From contig JBEUKZ010000112.1 of the NCBI GenBank assembly GCA_048128005.1, positions 186,001-250,000 of the forward strand: a DNA stretch of 64,000 bases, given 5' to 3'. Shown here piece after piece: positions 36,501 to 48,226 of the stretch. The notes under the pieces were generated by a model. It was given only the letters and a program-made list of their open reading frames with translations. It was not told where the DNA came from and ran no database searches. The position numbers were made by a program, and so were the translations under genes. Source of the DNA: Veleropilina oligotropha. Its lineage: Eukaryota. Within the stretch, counting starts at the first letter, position 1. The number at the start of each line of letters is the position of its first letter.

Positions 36501-39368
36501 TTTGTTCATTGAAAAGAAAATAACTGCATTACACTTTTTGTTTATAACACAAAAAGTTATGAATTTTCATCGCTCAACTTTCGTCAGTATTTTACCACCG
36601 TTTAAATAAATCACTAATGAAGATTTAAAAATAATTAAATGCGGTCCGCGTTTAATTACCTCTCACCGAGTGACATTTCCAATTGACATAGTTGGAGCAC
36701 AGTTGCATATATAGGTTTCCGCTGATCAAATAAGATAGCTATCTAATTGACCCAAAAAATATATTGTCAAGTTGCAATAATAATTTCAGTAAAAGTCTAT
36801 CATTTGATCATATATCGATCATATCTTCGCAAAATGTGTATCAATATGAGCGAACCGTACGATAGAGGGTGATCAGTCATGCTACACAGTCATGAAAAGA
36901 GCGCATTTACGGGCTATGGTCTCTTTAAAGCATTGTCACAAATGGAACAGATGCAAATATGAACTTAATATCTAAAGTTGGTTTCAACTAAGAAGTTCAT
37001 TATGCGTTGATTTCTTATTTTGCAGATGTTGGTTTAGGTCCAGGCTCCTTCGATGTCAGCAGCATTAGTTGCCTGGGGACGCCTTCTAAGATGGCCTCTG
37101 GTATCAATCAAAGTATTACCCTGGGTGCAGTAAGATATCCTCGCATATGAACGTAGCATTTCTCATGACTGGCGTGTTTTGATATGTGCAACCCCCTGAG
37201 CCTCTCATGGTATTTATGCTTGAAAATATAAAGCTCTCTGTCTGAAACTGATTATGAATAGGTCTACTTTTTAGAAGTACTGTAGTAAGAACCATATTAA
37301 TAAATATTGTTAATATCTTTATTTTTTAATAACAAATACCCTAGCTAATCACAATGTTATTTTAGTACTGATTGAAACTTGGTGACCCAAATTTGTTATG
37401 TAATATAGTCTTTGATATAGATCTAGACAGCGACTGGATTTTGGCTGAGAATTTTGAACACCATTTGATCTAGCACAAAAGTTATCAAAATTGATTGGAC
37501 ACTCAGGGTTCACAGGATTAATACAGTGAAAGTGAACAGTGTATTAAATTCATATTAATGATTTTTTTTATATCTTCAGAAAAAGAAGAAGCCTGAAGGC
37601 TTTTCTGTGGAAAATGCTCTTAAAATCAAAGACCTTGAAAAACAGGTAACAGAAAATTAATATGCTGATATTAAATATATACGGAAGTCTTTAATATGGA
37701 ACTTCCTTAAAGCTTTATATGTAGATTTAATTATTTTCTTTAATGTAACTTTTGTTTCTGTCATAACAAATGTAAACATTGAAATATTTGAACAATAATG
37801 TGTTGTTATGATTGTAGAAGCCGATATTGATTGTATTTATTAATAATACTATGTATGTTGTTACTGACTCTGTCATGATGTTATAATTACGTAAACAGTT
37901 ACCTTTCAGAGTCAGTATGTTAGCCTTGGGTGGCTTCTTCAGTGCTGTGTGGCGTCACTCCTTAGTCACATGACCGTCACTAGGACGATCATGTGGCAGC
38001 AGTTGGCCCCCACCCTGAACTGCGACACGGGATACTACCTGCCGGACATCTACAGCCAACTGCTGTCACATGATCGTCCTAGTGACTGTCATGTGACTAA
38101 GGAGTGGTCAACATCACACAGCACTGAAGAAGCCACCGAGATGGTGGCGAAAGCTCTGCTTTGCTAACATACTGACTCTGAAAGGTAACTGTTTACGTAT
38201 TTATATTTATAAATAGTTCTGCTTGAAAAATGCATCAGTAAAACATTATGTAATGCTATATACAATCACACCTAAAAACTTTATTTAGCATACTATATAC
38301 AATTCATCAAATGTAAAATAGAAATAATGATTTAAAAAGAAGATTGGATATGCTTTTAATATGTTACTGTGTAATTTGCAGTATTATATTATTTCCTGCT
38401 TGCACAGTTGCAAAAGCTTCATCAGGAGTGCTCCGACAAAAATAAGCTTCTCGCCCAGAAAACTGATGAACTAAAAAAGCTGAATGGTCGACTGCAGAAT
38501 GCTCACACGGAAAACTCCACGCTGCTCGCCAAATCGGCCGGAGTGGAGAAAGAAATCAAAGACCTGCAGAAGAGCAACGACCACCTGAGCAAGAAGGTAC
38601 GAGCCGACAGGTGACACGGTGTTAGATAAAAACAATTGCTACTGCGACCTGGAGTAGTGGTCTGATATGAAGTCATCCTGTATGACCATGTCATTTTGAT
38701 GTTATTTCATCAAAATAATTTTTATAATTTAATTTCAGTGGAAGCAGATAAGACATCATATAATAAGAGGAAACTTCAAAAATGCTATCACTGATGTTAT
38801 ATATATTTCTATCACCCAAAATCAATAGTTTGAAATGAAAGAGAAAGTTAATAAAGTGGCAACTTATGTTATCTGTATGAATTACCTCAAAGTCTTTTTG
38901 ATGCTTATTTAATGACATAGACAGTTAAATATAGTGGTTGAGGTATGTTGAAAATATGTGGGAAGTCATGAAAGCCATTTTCTGTCTGACAAAGGATTTC
39001 AATATTAATAAATTTGAAGCATTAAGTTGATTAACCAGAGAAATTTCCTGCATTAATTTAAAATAAATACAATAGTCTAGGGATATTCAAATTTCATCCT
39101 AATTTAATAGAATATATAGAAACCTGCTCACAATTACTAATTATATCATTGTTTGTTGACAGATTCATTTTTTGTTGACAGATTCAGATGATTGATAAGC
39201 AGGATAAACTCCAGAGCGAGGTCTCTGCTCTGAAGCAGCAAGTATCAACGAAGGAGTCGGAGCTTCGACGCTTCACAAAAGTGTTAGAAGCTGCAATCAG
39301 CCAAATTCGTACTGACCTCACCGTCCTAGTCGGATCCACTACACCTATCGACGACACGGACGAACTGG
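33534..39368 (+). CDS. HMMR: Hyaluronan-mediated motility receptor (RHAMM) homolog, first six coding exons; the gene continues downstream
   Basis: Exons 33534-33579, 36242-36337, 37026-37129, 37580-37645, 38408-38596 and 39182-39368, all GT-AG with consistent phases. MSFPRASIKRFNDAKGCAPPVGSYDPK...FDKSDRF matches the HMMR N-terminus (human MSFPKAPLKRFNDPSGCAPSPGAYDVK) and is followed by coiled coil. Possible later exons at 54227-54272 and 57802-57861 are low confidence. Confidence 0.88.
33684..34517. mobile_element. MITE with ~170-bp TIRs and 8-bp TSD (P- or hAT-like), with internal nested inverted repeats
   Basis: CACAGGGGCCCGTAACGTTG...CAACGTTACGGGCCCCTGTG; TSD GGATAATT at 33676-33683 and 34518-34525; internal IR ~33911-33953 / 34075-34115. 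Confidence 0.88.
34696..35700. mobile_element. MITE (CAGG termini, 5-bp TSD), nested in another CAGGGTTCGCAC-type repeat
   Basis: CAGGTTGGGGAGAAGTCACTTTTC / GAAAAGTGACTTCTTCTCAACCTG; TSD TTAAT at 34691-34695 and 35701-35705. Confidence 0.8.
37888..38199 (+). mobile_element. Penelope-like element remnant forming a long palindrome
   Basis: Inverted arms ~37888-38008 and ~38054-38199 surround the PLE C-terminal peptide PTLNCDTGYYLPDIYSQLL. Confidence 0.75.
38120..38160 (+). ncRNA. Minimal type I hammerhead ribozyme (PLE-associated)
   Basis: AGCA-CUGAAGA-A-GCCACC(GAGAU)GGUGGC-GAAA-GC-UC^-UGCU. It has the intact CUGANGA/GAAA core, a 6-bp stem II, a palindromic AGCU stem III and stem I AGCA/UGCU. 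Confidence 0.75.
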
Positions 39369-40433
39369 GTAAGCTCGGGAATTACTCAGGTCTTCAGGTG
39401 TACTGACAGTATTAATGCAAGTCTTAAAATGTTAATCTGCCATGGTCATATGTAGTTACAAACATACTTACGTCCTTACTCTTGCCATAATAGTCATATT
39501 ATCGCTAACCGGAAACAGTGAATAAAGTCACATTTAGGCACTATTAAGTCAAAAACGTACCACGATTACCTCCCCTGCTCCCGCTCTCTGAGTTCCCCCG
39601 GCGAGATCTCGCCAAGTCTCGCGAGATATCCGAGCTCGAGATCACAAGACCTCAATTCAAAGTTTTCCGCCGAGACGGAAAGACGTGTTTTTTGCTCCGC
39701 AAATATTTCGAAATGTCCGCCGATTTATACGTTAAATCGAGGACGCTATAATTCTTATATATTAATATATAAGTTGTGGAATATACCGTGTGTTGTGGAT
39801 ATCTAAAACACAAGTGAATATAGGAAGATTGTGATTCTAAACTTCGAGAAGTTCTGAAAATCAAGTGAAACCGACATCGCCGCTGTTGCAGGGAAAAGCA
39901 TGGCCGCTCAGAGGGGAAGTTTCGTGTAATAAGAAGAAATTTCTGGTCGGTATTTTTATCTGATATTGTTTGAGACTGCAAACAGGTAACTCATTATATT
40001 GGATAATTCCTTAACGACGCTATTGCTGGTTATTATTGTATAAAAATTCTAGCGTCGGTAATAGGCAGGATCGTTTAGATATCACGCTTGCGTTTTTCTG
40101 TTATCCTGCCGTTTCTGGGATAATACACAATTGTACTAACATAAAAACATCCACGAGGTTTTCAGGTGTTTTTCTGGGCGGTTTTTTCTAAGAGAGAACC
40201 CCCGTTTGTTCTAGTCAATTTGCCGGGTTTTTTACCGGGTCGTGCCGGGTAAGTACCCGGCCTCGGTGTTCCCAGTTCGGGGTTTTTTTGCGGTATATCG
40301 CCTGATCTTTGATCTTCAGATCAGGGCAATTTTAAGAGTTGTCGTAGTAAATAGTCACAACTACCAAATATATACTTTTAACTACCCCGTTCCGCCCACT
40401 ACTACCCTCCCGTGTATTCAGGGAGAGGGAAGT

Positions 40434-42629
40434 ATGGTCCGGTGCAACTCCGGGTGTAACCCGAAGTTTCACGGATTTCTAGGTGCACGGAATGCCGTGT
40501 TCACCGTAACTGACAGTAAGTCTTATAAATGTGAACTGTGCCTAGATTTTAACAGCAGGCAGTGGGCGATCGTATATCCACCGATGAAGGCGACCAGTGC
40601 GGTTACCACGGTGGGTTCTCCCCCGAGAATGGACAAAATGGTAGGTTAATGGGAATTAACGTTTTTTTTGTCTACTTCAGGGACGCTGGACGACAGTAGA
40701 CCTTAAAGGGCCGTCTGTCGCCGGATCTACCGGCGTAACCTCCGCGACTCATGGGGGAGTCGCCGTAACCTTGCCGGGACCCCAGATTCAGGTAGGAGCC
40801 CGAGTGCTGTTCGATCCTCCTAAAACGGGCCTAGTAACTGCAGCCAACCATACCTTGCCGGCTAGCAAGGTATATCTGGCAACGCAGCGAACCGCTGAAC
40901 AGGGCAGACATTCCCCATCCTTTTCTTCGGCCTCGAAGAATAGGGGACAGTTAGTCCTTCTGCGGGAAACTCTCCGTCTAGCGACGGGGACAGACTCAAT
41001 GCAGAGAAAGCCTTTAAAGAGGCCGGACACCATTACGATGGTCTAAGATCCGGACAATTGGCGACACCTGAATCCTCGTTCGAGACCGACGCGACTACCC
41101 CTAAGGGTTTTCCGCTCAACCTCGATGCTCACGAGCTTTTCAGAGGGCCCGTTCTCTCCCGTGCACCCACGATGGTCACGCTAGAGAACGTGGACAGACC
41201 GGCTGCGTTCGGTGAGGGGTTCTACGGCGGTTTTCCGACCGTGCCTCTCGCGAACAGAGTGGTAGACCGATACGGACTGTTGCCGCAGTCCTACCGGTCG
41301 TCCGGCCCACCGAACGCGCCTCCGGGCCGTTCTTTCGGGTTCGACCCCTCGACAAGTGCCCTCGGACCCTAAAAAAGGGTCCTCGGCCCCACTTGTCCAT
41401 GCAGCCCTTCTACCTAGCGCCACGGTTTCCTCGACTGAACTACCGGCTGTTAGTTCGACGCCCGTCCTGCCTTAGGGTTTCTCTTTGGAGAACGTCCAGG
41501 CAGGGATCGCGGCGGGGTTCGAGGAACAATGTAAGGCCTGGCCGACGGCTCCCCAGCCGCGCCTGGTCCCTACATATCTGCCCCTGGCGCAGAGCACGGC
41601 TCCTGCCTCCGTGATGGAGATCGAACCTCGTCCCGACGAGGACCTCGACTCCACTCACTCCGACCTCCCTGTATCGGTCGGGCCCGAAGACGCTGGTAGT
41701 CTTCCAGGCACGCAGGAGCCGACCTCCACCACCCGCCGAACTCGACGCTGTTGCGTCACTTCGCGGGGTGCTTGACCTGCCGGAACCGACTCGGTCGTAT
41801 GTAGGCCCGGTCAAGCACAGGACGGCGGCGCATCGGTTTGTTGAGAAGGAAGCCCCCTTGCTTCTTCCTTACCTCAGTCTGGGCTGGTTGATCGGGTGTT
41901 GACTCGACAACCAAGCTCAGTCGGGGGCGCAATCCGGTGGAGTCCTCCCCACTGACCGAGTACCCTTCGGGGTTCCGTAGTGGGAGGTACCTCCGGGCCA
42001 GTTCGCGTTCGATCCCGTTCGCATGTACTGGTCCGTGCCTGGCGACTGAGCCGGTTCGTGTTGATGCAGCGTTGCGTTGACTGACCGCCAGTCACACTCC
42101 CTCTGTAGCGAGAGTTCCTGGGTTCGCCTTGGAAGCTTTCGAGAGCTCCGCCCGATGGGCTCTGCGGCCGTCGTCCGTTCAGGATTTTTCCTAGACGGGA
42201 CGATAGCCGTATTACAGGAGGATGGACCCGGCGCCCGTGGGCTGCCCTGTCCTTCCTCCAGGAGGTTGCTGCCGTTATGGAGACCAACGCGTTGGAGACG
42301 GGACGTGTCCTGGGTAACACCTACTTCGTAGGGACGCTTGCCTGAAAGACACCTCGCTAGTTGAGGCCACCCGGCGCTCATTGCGATGCGTGCCTTGCTC
42401 GGCCACCACTCTATTTGCCGACGATTTCTCGGAGTAGGCGGTGCTGCACCCCCCGGGGGTCCACCCGCCGACTCGAGGAAGCGTTCAGGGCCCACCCGGA
42501 CCCCGAAGCCTTCCAAGCGTGCATGGCCCTCTTCTGGTGGTAGGCCCCGGCCATTAACCCACTCCGAAGAGGCAAGCACCTCCAACAAGCTCCCGTACGC
42601 AGAGCGGGAGAGGGAAGCCTCGGCCCTAG
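40434..42629 (+). pseudogene. E2 gag, frameshifted
   Basis: ATG GTC CGG TGC start and homology to E1/E4 gag in several frames; ends CGG CCC TAG. Confidence 0.8.
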
Positions 42630-43904
42630 GGCTGCCGGCACACACGACAGTCCCAGCTACCCGCTTCCGCCGGTGGAAGCGTCTCTGTTAGCGTACAGCC
42701 AGCCGTGGCTAGACTACCAGACAGTAGCTGGGTCCCTCCGTCGTGAGTGCCGGATACAAGTTGGTTCAACCGGCATCCGACCCTAAACGAGGCACCACCA
42801 CCAAGACACGCTCGCCTCCTAAACGGAGAGAAGCGAGCGGTCTTAGACCAGGCAGTGCGGGCCCTACTCCTCAAGGAGCAATATATCCCGCGCCGCCCAG
42901 CACACCAGGATAATACAGCCATATATAGTTACAAACATACTTACGTCCTTACTCTTGCCATAATAGTAATATTATTGCCAACCGGAAACAGTGAATAAGT
43001 CACGTTATGCACTATTAATAAGTCAAAGACGCAAAAACGTACCACGGTTACCTCCCCTGCTCCTCCTCAACCACGTTCCCCCGCGAGATCTCGCCAAGTC
43101 TCGCGAGACTTCTGAACCATAGAAGTCACATGACATCAATTCAAAGTTTTCCGCTGCCGCGGAAAGACGTTGTTTTGCTCCGCAAATATTTCGAAATAGG
43201 CGCCCGATTTCACGTTAAATCAGGACGCAATATATACTTATATGATATAAGTAGTGGAATATAACCCTGTGTTGTGGATACAAGACACAAGTGAATATAA
43301 GAAGATTGTGATTCTCAAAACTTCGAGGAGTTCTGGACATCAAGTAACCGACAGCGTCGCCGTTGCTAAGGAAAAAAGCATGGCCGCTTAGAGGGAAGTT
43401 TCGTGTGTAGCTGAAATTTCTGGTCGGTATATTTATCTGATATTGTTTGAGACTGCAAACAGGTAACTCATTATATTGGATAATTCCTTAACGACGCTAT
43501 TTGCTGGTTACTATTGTATAAAATTTCTAGCGTCGTTAATAGGCAGGACTGTTCTGATATTCCTTTAAGTTATTCTGATATCCTGCCGTTTCTGGGATAA
43601 TACACCATTGTACTAACATAAAAACATCCACGAGGTCTTTTCAGGTGTTTTTCTGGGCGGTTTTTTCTAGAGAAAACCCCCGTTTGTTCTAGTCAATTAC
43701 CCGGGTTTTTTACCGGGTCGTGTCGGGTAAATACCCGACCTCGGTGTTCCCAGTGCGGGGTTTTTTGCGCTTTGCGGTATATCGCTTGATCTTTGATCTT
43801 CAGATCAGGGCAATTCTAGGAGTTGTCGTAGTATAGTCACAACTACCATATATATACCTATTTCACTACCCCGTATACCCACTACTATCCTCCCGTGTAT
43901 ACCC

Positions 43905-46160
43905 TCTGGTCCGGTGCAGTAGCTCCGGGTGTAACCAGAAAATTCACGGGTTTTGATACGCACACGGAATGCCGTATTCACCGTAGTTGTAGTAAAATTA
44001 AACTTCAGTGTGATTTGTGCCTTGTTTTTACAGACAAGCAGTGGGCGGTTCTATCCCAACCGGGTAAGTCGACCAGGGCGACTGCCACGGTGGGCCCTCC
44101 TCGGGAAAAGGGGCAGGAAAAGGGGTTGTTTGCAGACAGTAAGTTAAGGGATAATTCTTCTTTGTCTACTTCAGGGACGCTGGACGACAGCCGACGTAAA
44201 GCACCGTCTGTCGCCGGGTCTACCGGCGATACCTCCGCGACTCTTGGGGGAGTCACCGAACCCTTGCCGGGACCCCAGATTCAGGTAAAGGCCCGAGTGC
44301 CGACCGTTCCGCCTCAACCGGGCCTAGTAACTGCAGTCAGCCATACCTTGCCGGCTAGCAAGGTATATATGACAGCGCAGCGAACAGCTGTACAGGGCAG
44401 ACCATCCCCATCCTTTTCTTCGGCCTCGAAGAATAAGGGGACAGTTAGTCCTTCTGCGAGAAACTCTCCTTCTAGCGAAGGGGACAGACTCAATGCAGAG
44501 AAAGCCTTTAAAGAGGCCGGGCACCTACTTGTAGGTCTAAGACTCGGACAATCGGCGAAACCTGAATCCTCGGTCGAGAACGATGCGACTACCCCTAAGG
44601 GTTTTCCGCTCAACCTCGAAGCTCACGAGACATTCAGAGGGCCCGGTCTCTCCCGTGCACCCACCGTGGTCACGCTAGAGAACGTGGACAGACCGGCTGC
44701 GTTCGGGACGGGGTTCTACGGCGGTTTTCCGTCCGTGCCTCGCTCGAACAGAGTGGTAGACCGATACGGACTGTTGCCGCAGTCCTACCGGTCGTCCGGC
44801 CCACCGAACGCGCCTCCGGGCCGTTCTTTCGGGTTCGACCACTCGACACGTGTCCCGAGACCCTGGTTCTCGGCTACACCTGTCCATGCAGCCCGTCTAC
44901 CTAGCGCCACGGTGACTTCGACCGAACTACCGGCTGTTAGTTCGACGCCCGTCATGCCTCCGGGTTTCTCTTTAGAGAACGTCCAGGCTATGTTCGCGGC
45001 GGAGTTCGAGTCCCGATGTCGGGCCTGGTAACCGGCTTCCTAGCCGCTCCAGGTACCTACACCTCTGCCTGTGGCGCAGAGCACGGCTCCTGCCTCCGTG
45101 GTGGGGATCGAACCTCGTTCCAACGAGGACCTCGACTCCACTCACTCCGACCTCCCTGTATCGGTCGGGCCCGAAGACAGTAGTCTTCCAGGCACGCAGG
45201 AGCCGACCTCCACCACCCGCCGAACTCGACGCTGTTGCGTCACTTCGCGGGGTGCTTGACCTGCCGGAACCGACTCGGTCGTATGTAGGCCCGGTCAAGC
45301 ACAGGACGGCGGCGCATCGGTTTGTTGAGAAGGAAGCCCCCTTGCTTTCTTCCTTACCTCAGTCTGGGCTGATTGATCGGGTGTTGACTCGACAACCAAG
45401 CTCAGTCGGGGGCGCAATCCGGTGGAGTCCTCCCCACTGACCGAGTACCCTTCGGGGTTCCGTAGTGGGAGGTACCTCCGGGCCAGTTCGCGTTCGATCC
45501 CGTTCGCATGTACTGGTCCGTGCCTGGCGACTGAGCCGGTTCGTGTTGACGCAGCGTTGCGTTGACTGACCGCCAGTCACACTCCCTCTGTAGCGAGAGT
45601 TCCTGGGTTCGCCTTGGAAGCTTTCGAGAGCTCCGCCCGATGGGCTCTGCGGCCGTCGTCCGTTCAGGATTTTTCCTAGACGGGACGATAGCCGTATTAC
45701 AGGAGGATGGACCCGGCGCCCGTGGGCTGCCCTGTCCTTCCTCCAGGAGGTTGCTGCCGTTATGGAGACCAACGCGTTGGAGACGGGACGTGTCCTGGGT
45801 AACGCACTCCTACTTCGTAGGGTCGCTTACCTTGAAGGCACCTCGCTGATGAGGCCACCCGGCGCTCGTTGCGATGCGTGCCTTGCTCGGCCACCACTCT
45901 ATTTGCCGACGATTTCTCGGAATTCGTCGACAGAGAGCGGCGGACCTGACGGACCGTACCATCGAGTAGGCGGTGCTGCACCCCCCGGGGTCCACCCGCC
46001 GACTCGAGGAAGCGTTCAGGGCCCACCTGGACCCCGAAGCCTTCCAAGCGTGCATGGCCCTCTTCTGGTGGTAGGCCCCGGCCATTAACCCACTCCGAAG
46101 AGGCAAGCACCTCCAACAAGCTCCCGTACGCAGAGCGGGAGAGGGAAACCTCGGCCCTAG
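43905..46160 (+). pseudogene. E3 gag (CTG where other copies have ATG; stops and frameshifts)
   Basis: ORF 43895..45031 carries the Cys/His cluster HTECRIHRSC...CDLC. Downstream fragments are homologous to E1 gag; ends CGG CCC TAG. Confidence 0.8.
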
Positions 46161-48226
46161 GGCTGCCGGCACACACACGACAGTCCCAGCTACCCGCTTC
46201 CGCCGGTGGAAGCGTATCTGTTAGCGTACAGCCAGCCATGGCTAGACTACCAGACAGTAGCTGGGTCCCTCCGTCGTGAGTGCCGGATACAAGTTGGTTC
46301 AACCGGCATCCGACCCTAAACGAGGCACCACCACCAAGACACGCTCGCCTCCTAATCGGAGAGAAGCGAGCGGTCTTAGACCAGGCAGTGCGGGATTTGC
46401 TCCTAAAAAGAGCGATATATCCCGCGCCGCCCAGCACACCAGGATTTTACAGCCATTTCTTCCTGGTCCCGAATCCCGATGGCCGCTAGCGACCGATCTT
46501 CGGTCTCTCGTAAACTATATCTTCGTACCGAGAAATTCCAGCAAGAATCCCTCTCGAAGATACGAGCGGCCATCCATCCGGGCGACTGGGCAGCGTCTAT
46601 CGATCTGACCGACGCGTATCTGCATGTCCCGATGCATATCACGGCTCATCAGTACCTTCGGTTTACACACGGGGAGACGATCTACCATTCAGGTGCCTAC
46701 CGTTCGGTCTATCGTCAGCCCCGTACGTCTTCACGAGAACAGTACAGGCCCTAGGGGCCTTCCTACACTCTCTAGGGCACAGGGTACATATGTACCTCGA
46801 CGACTGGCTGATCCTCGGGGCGTCCCGGGATCTGTGCCTCCGGTCTACGAGCTTTACCCTGTCATCGACGAAGCGCCTGGGATTTCAGATCAACGAGACA
46901 AAATCCTGCTTCGTGCCCTCGACGACGTTTACGTTCCTCGGAGTCGACTTCGATACGGTCCGGTACACCGCGAAGCCGACCCAGAAGCGTATGCGGAACC
47001 TACGCGCGGTTATCCAAGACACCCTGTCATCGGACATAACTACGGCGCGACAACTGGCCACTGTCCTGGGGCACATCGAGTCGGTAGCGCCCCTGCTACC
47101 GATGGGTCGCATGGACAAAAGACCGTTACAACAGGCGTTCAGGGATCGCTGGATACAACGGACGGGGCAGTGGACGGATCGCATCGATCTACGGCATTGG
47201 TTTACCGACACGACAGCAGTGTGGTTGAACCCCGCTTTGCCGGACCAGTCGGTTCCTATATCCCCACCAGAGCCGAACGCTTACCTGTTCACAGACGCTT
47301 CGAACGACGGCTGGGGTGGTCACCTCGACAGTTACGAGACATCAGGCCTATGGCCGACAGACCTTCAGGGACGACATATCAACTTCCTAGAGTTAGAAGC
47401 CGTCTTCCTGTCAGTACGGTCCCTCTCGTTACATCTCCGCAACAAGCATATAATGCTCGCCACGGACAACACGACTGTCGTCGCTTACATACAGCACCAG
47501 GGCGGTACTCGCTCGCGTCCCCTATGCGACCGAGCAATAGACCTACACCGCTTAGTGATGTCCCTCAACTCGACGATTCGAGCCCGACACATCCCGGGAA
47601 AGCTGAATGTCAGAGCGGATTCGCTCTCTCGGAAATCACAGATAATACACACAGAGTGGACGCTACACAGCCGAGTAGCTCGGGATGTTTGCCGCCGGTG
47701 GTCGCAACCCCAAGTCGATTTGTTTGCAACAGAATTCAATTACCGACTACCTCTGTATGTCTCCCCGTACCCAGACCCGGCCGCCCTAGCGGTCGACGCA
47801 ATGTCAATGACATGGGAGAATCTGTCCGCGTATGCCTTCCCCCCGACGTGCATTCTATCACTGGTATTACAGAAGGCAGCGACCGAATGTTGCGAGATAA
47901 CGCTAATAGCGCCCCTGTATCGCACGCAACCTTGGTTTCCGACCCTCCTCGATCTGATCGTCGATCGACCGTTAGCGTTACCGCAGAAACTAGACCTGTT
48001 AATGCAACCACGCACCCGTGTACTCCACGAGTCGCCGAACCACTTACGTTTACACGCCTGGCGGTTATCGAACGATCCCTTGCTAAGAAAGGATTTTCTA
48101 AAGCTACAGCCTTACGTATCTATCGATCGAGAAGGATTTCCACGACAAAAGTCTATGACTACCGATGGGTTAAGTACGTGGATTGGTGTCACAGCAGGCA
48201 GGTCAATATACTCCGTCCCCCTGTGA
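46161..48226 (+). pseudogene. E3 RT-RNaseH-MT ORF; 5' part disrupted, intact from YLDD onward (46790-48226)
   Basis: TGG->TAG at 46487, a deletion near 46505 and a 1-nt deletion near 46688. Motifs YLDD, TDAS, TDN, VDLFA and AFPP are retained. Confidence 0.9.

Noticed and set aside
39464..39475. U1 snRNA 5' end (ATACTTAC)
   Set aside because: Only 8 nt match; the sequence continues as DIRS ITR with no U1 stem-loops or Sm site.
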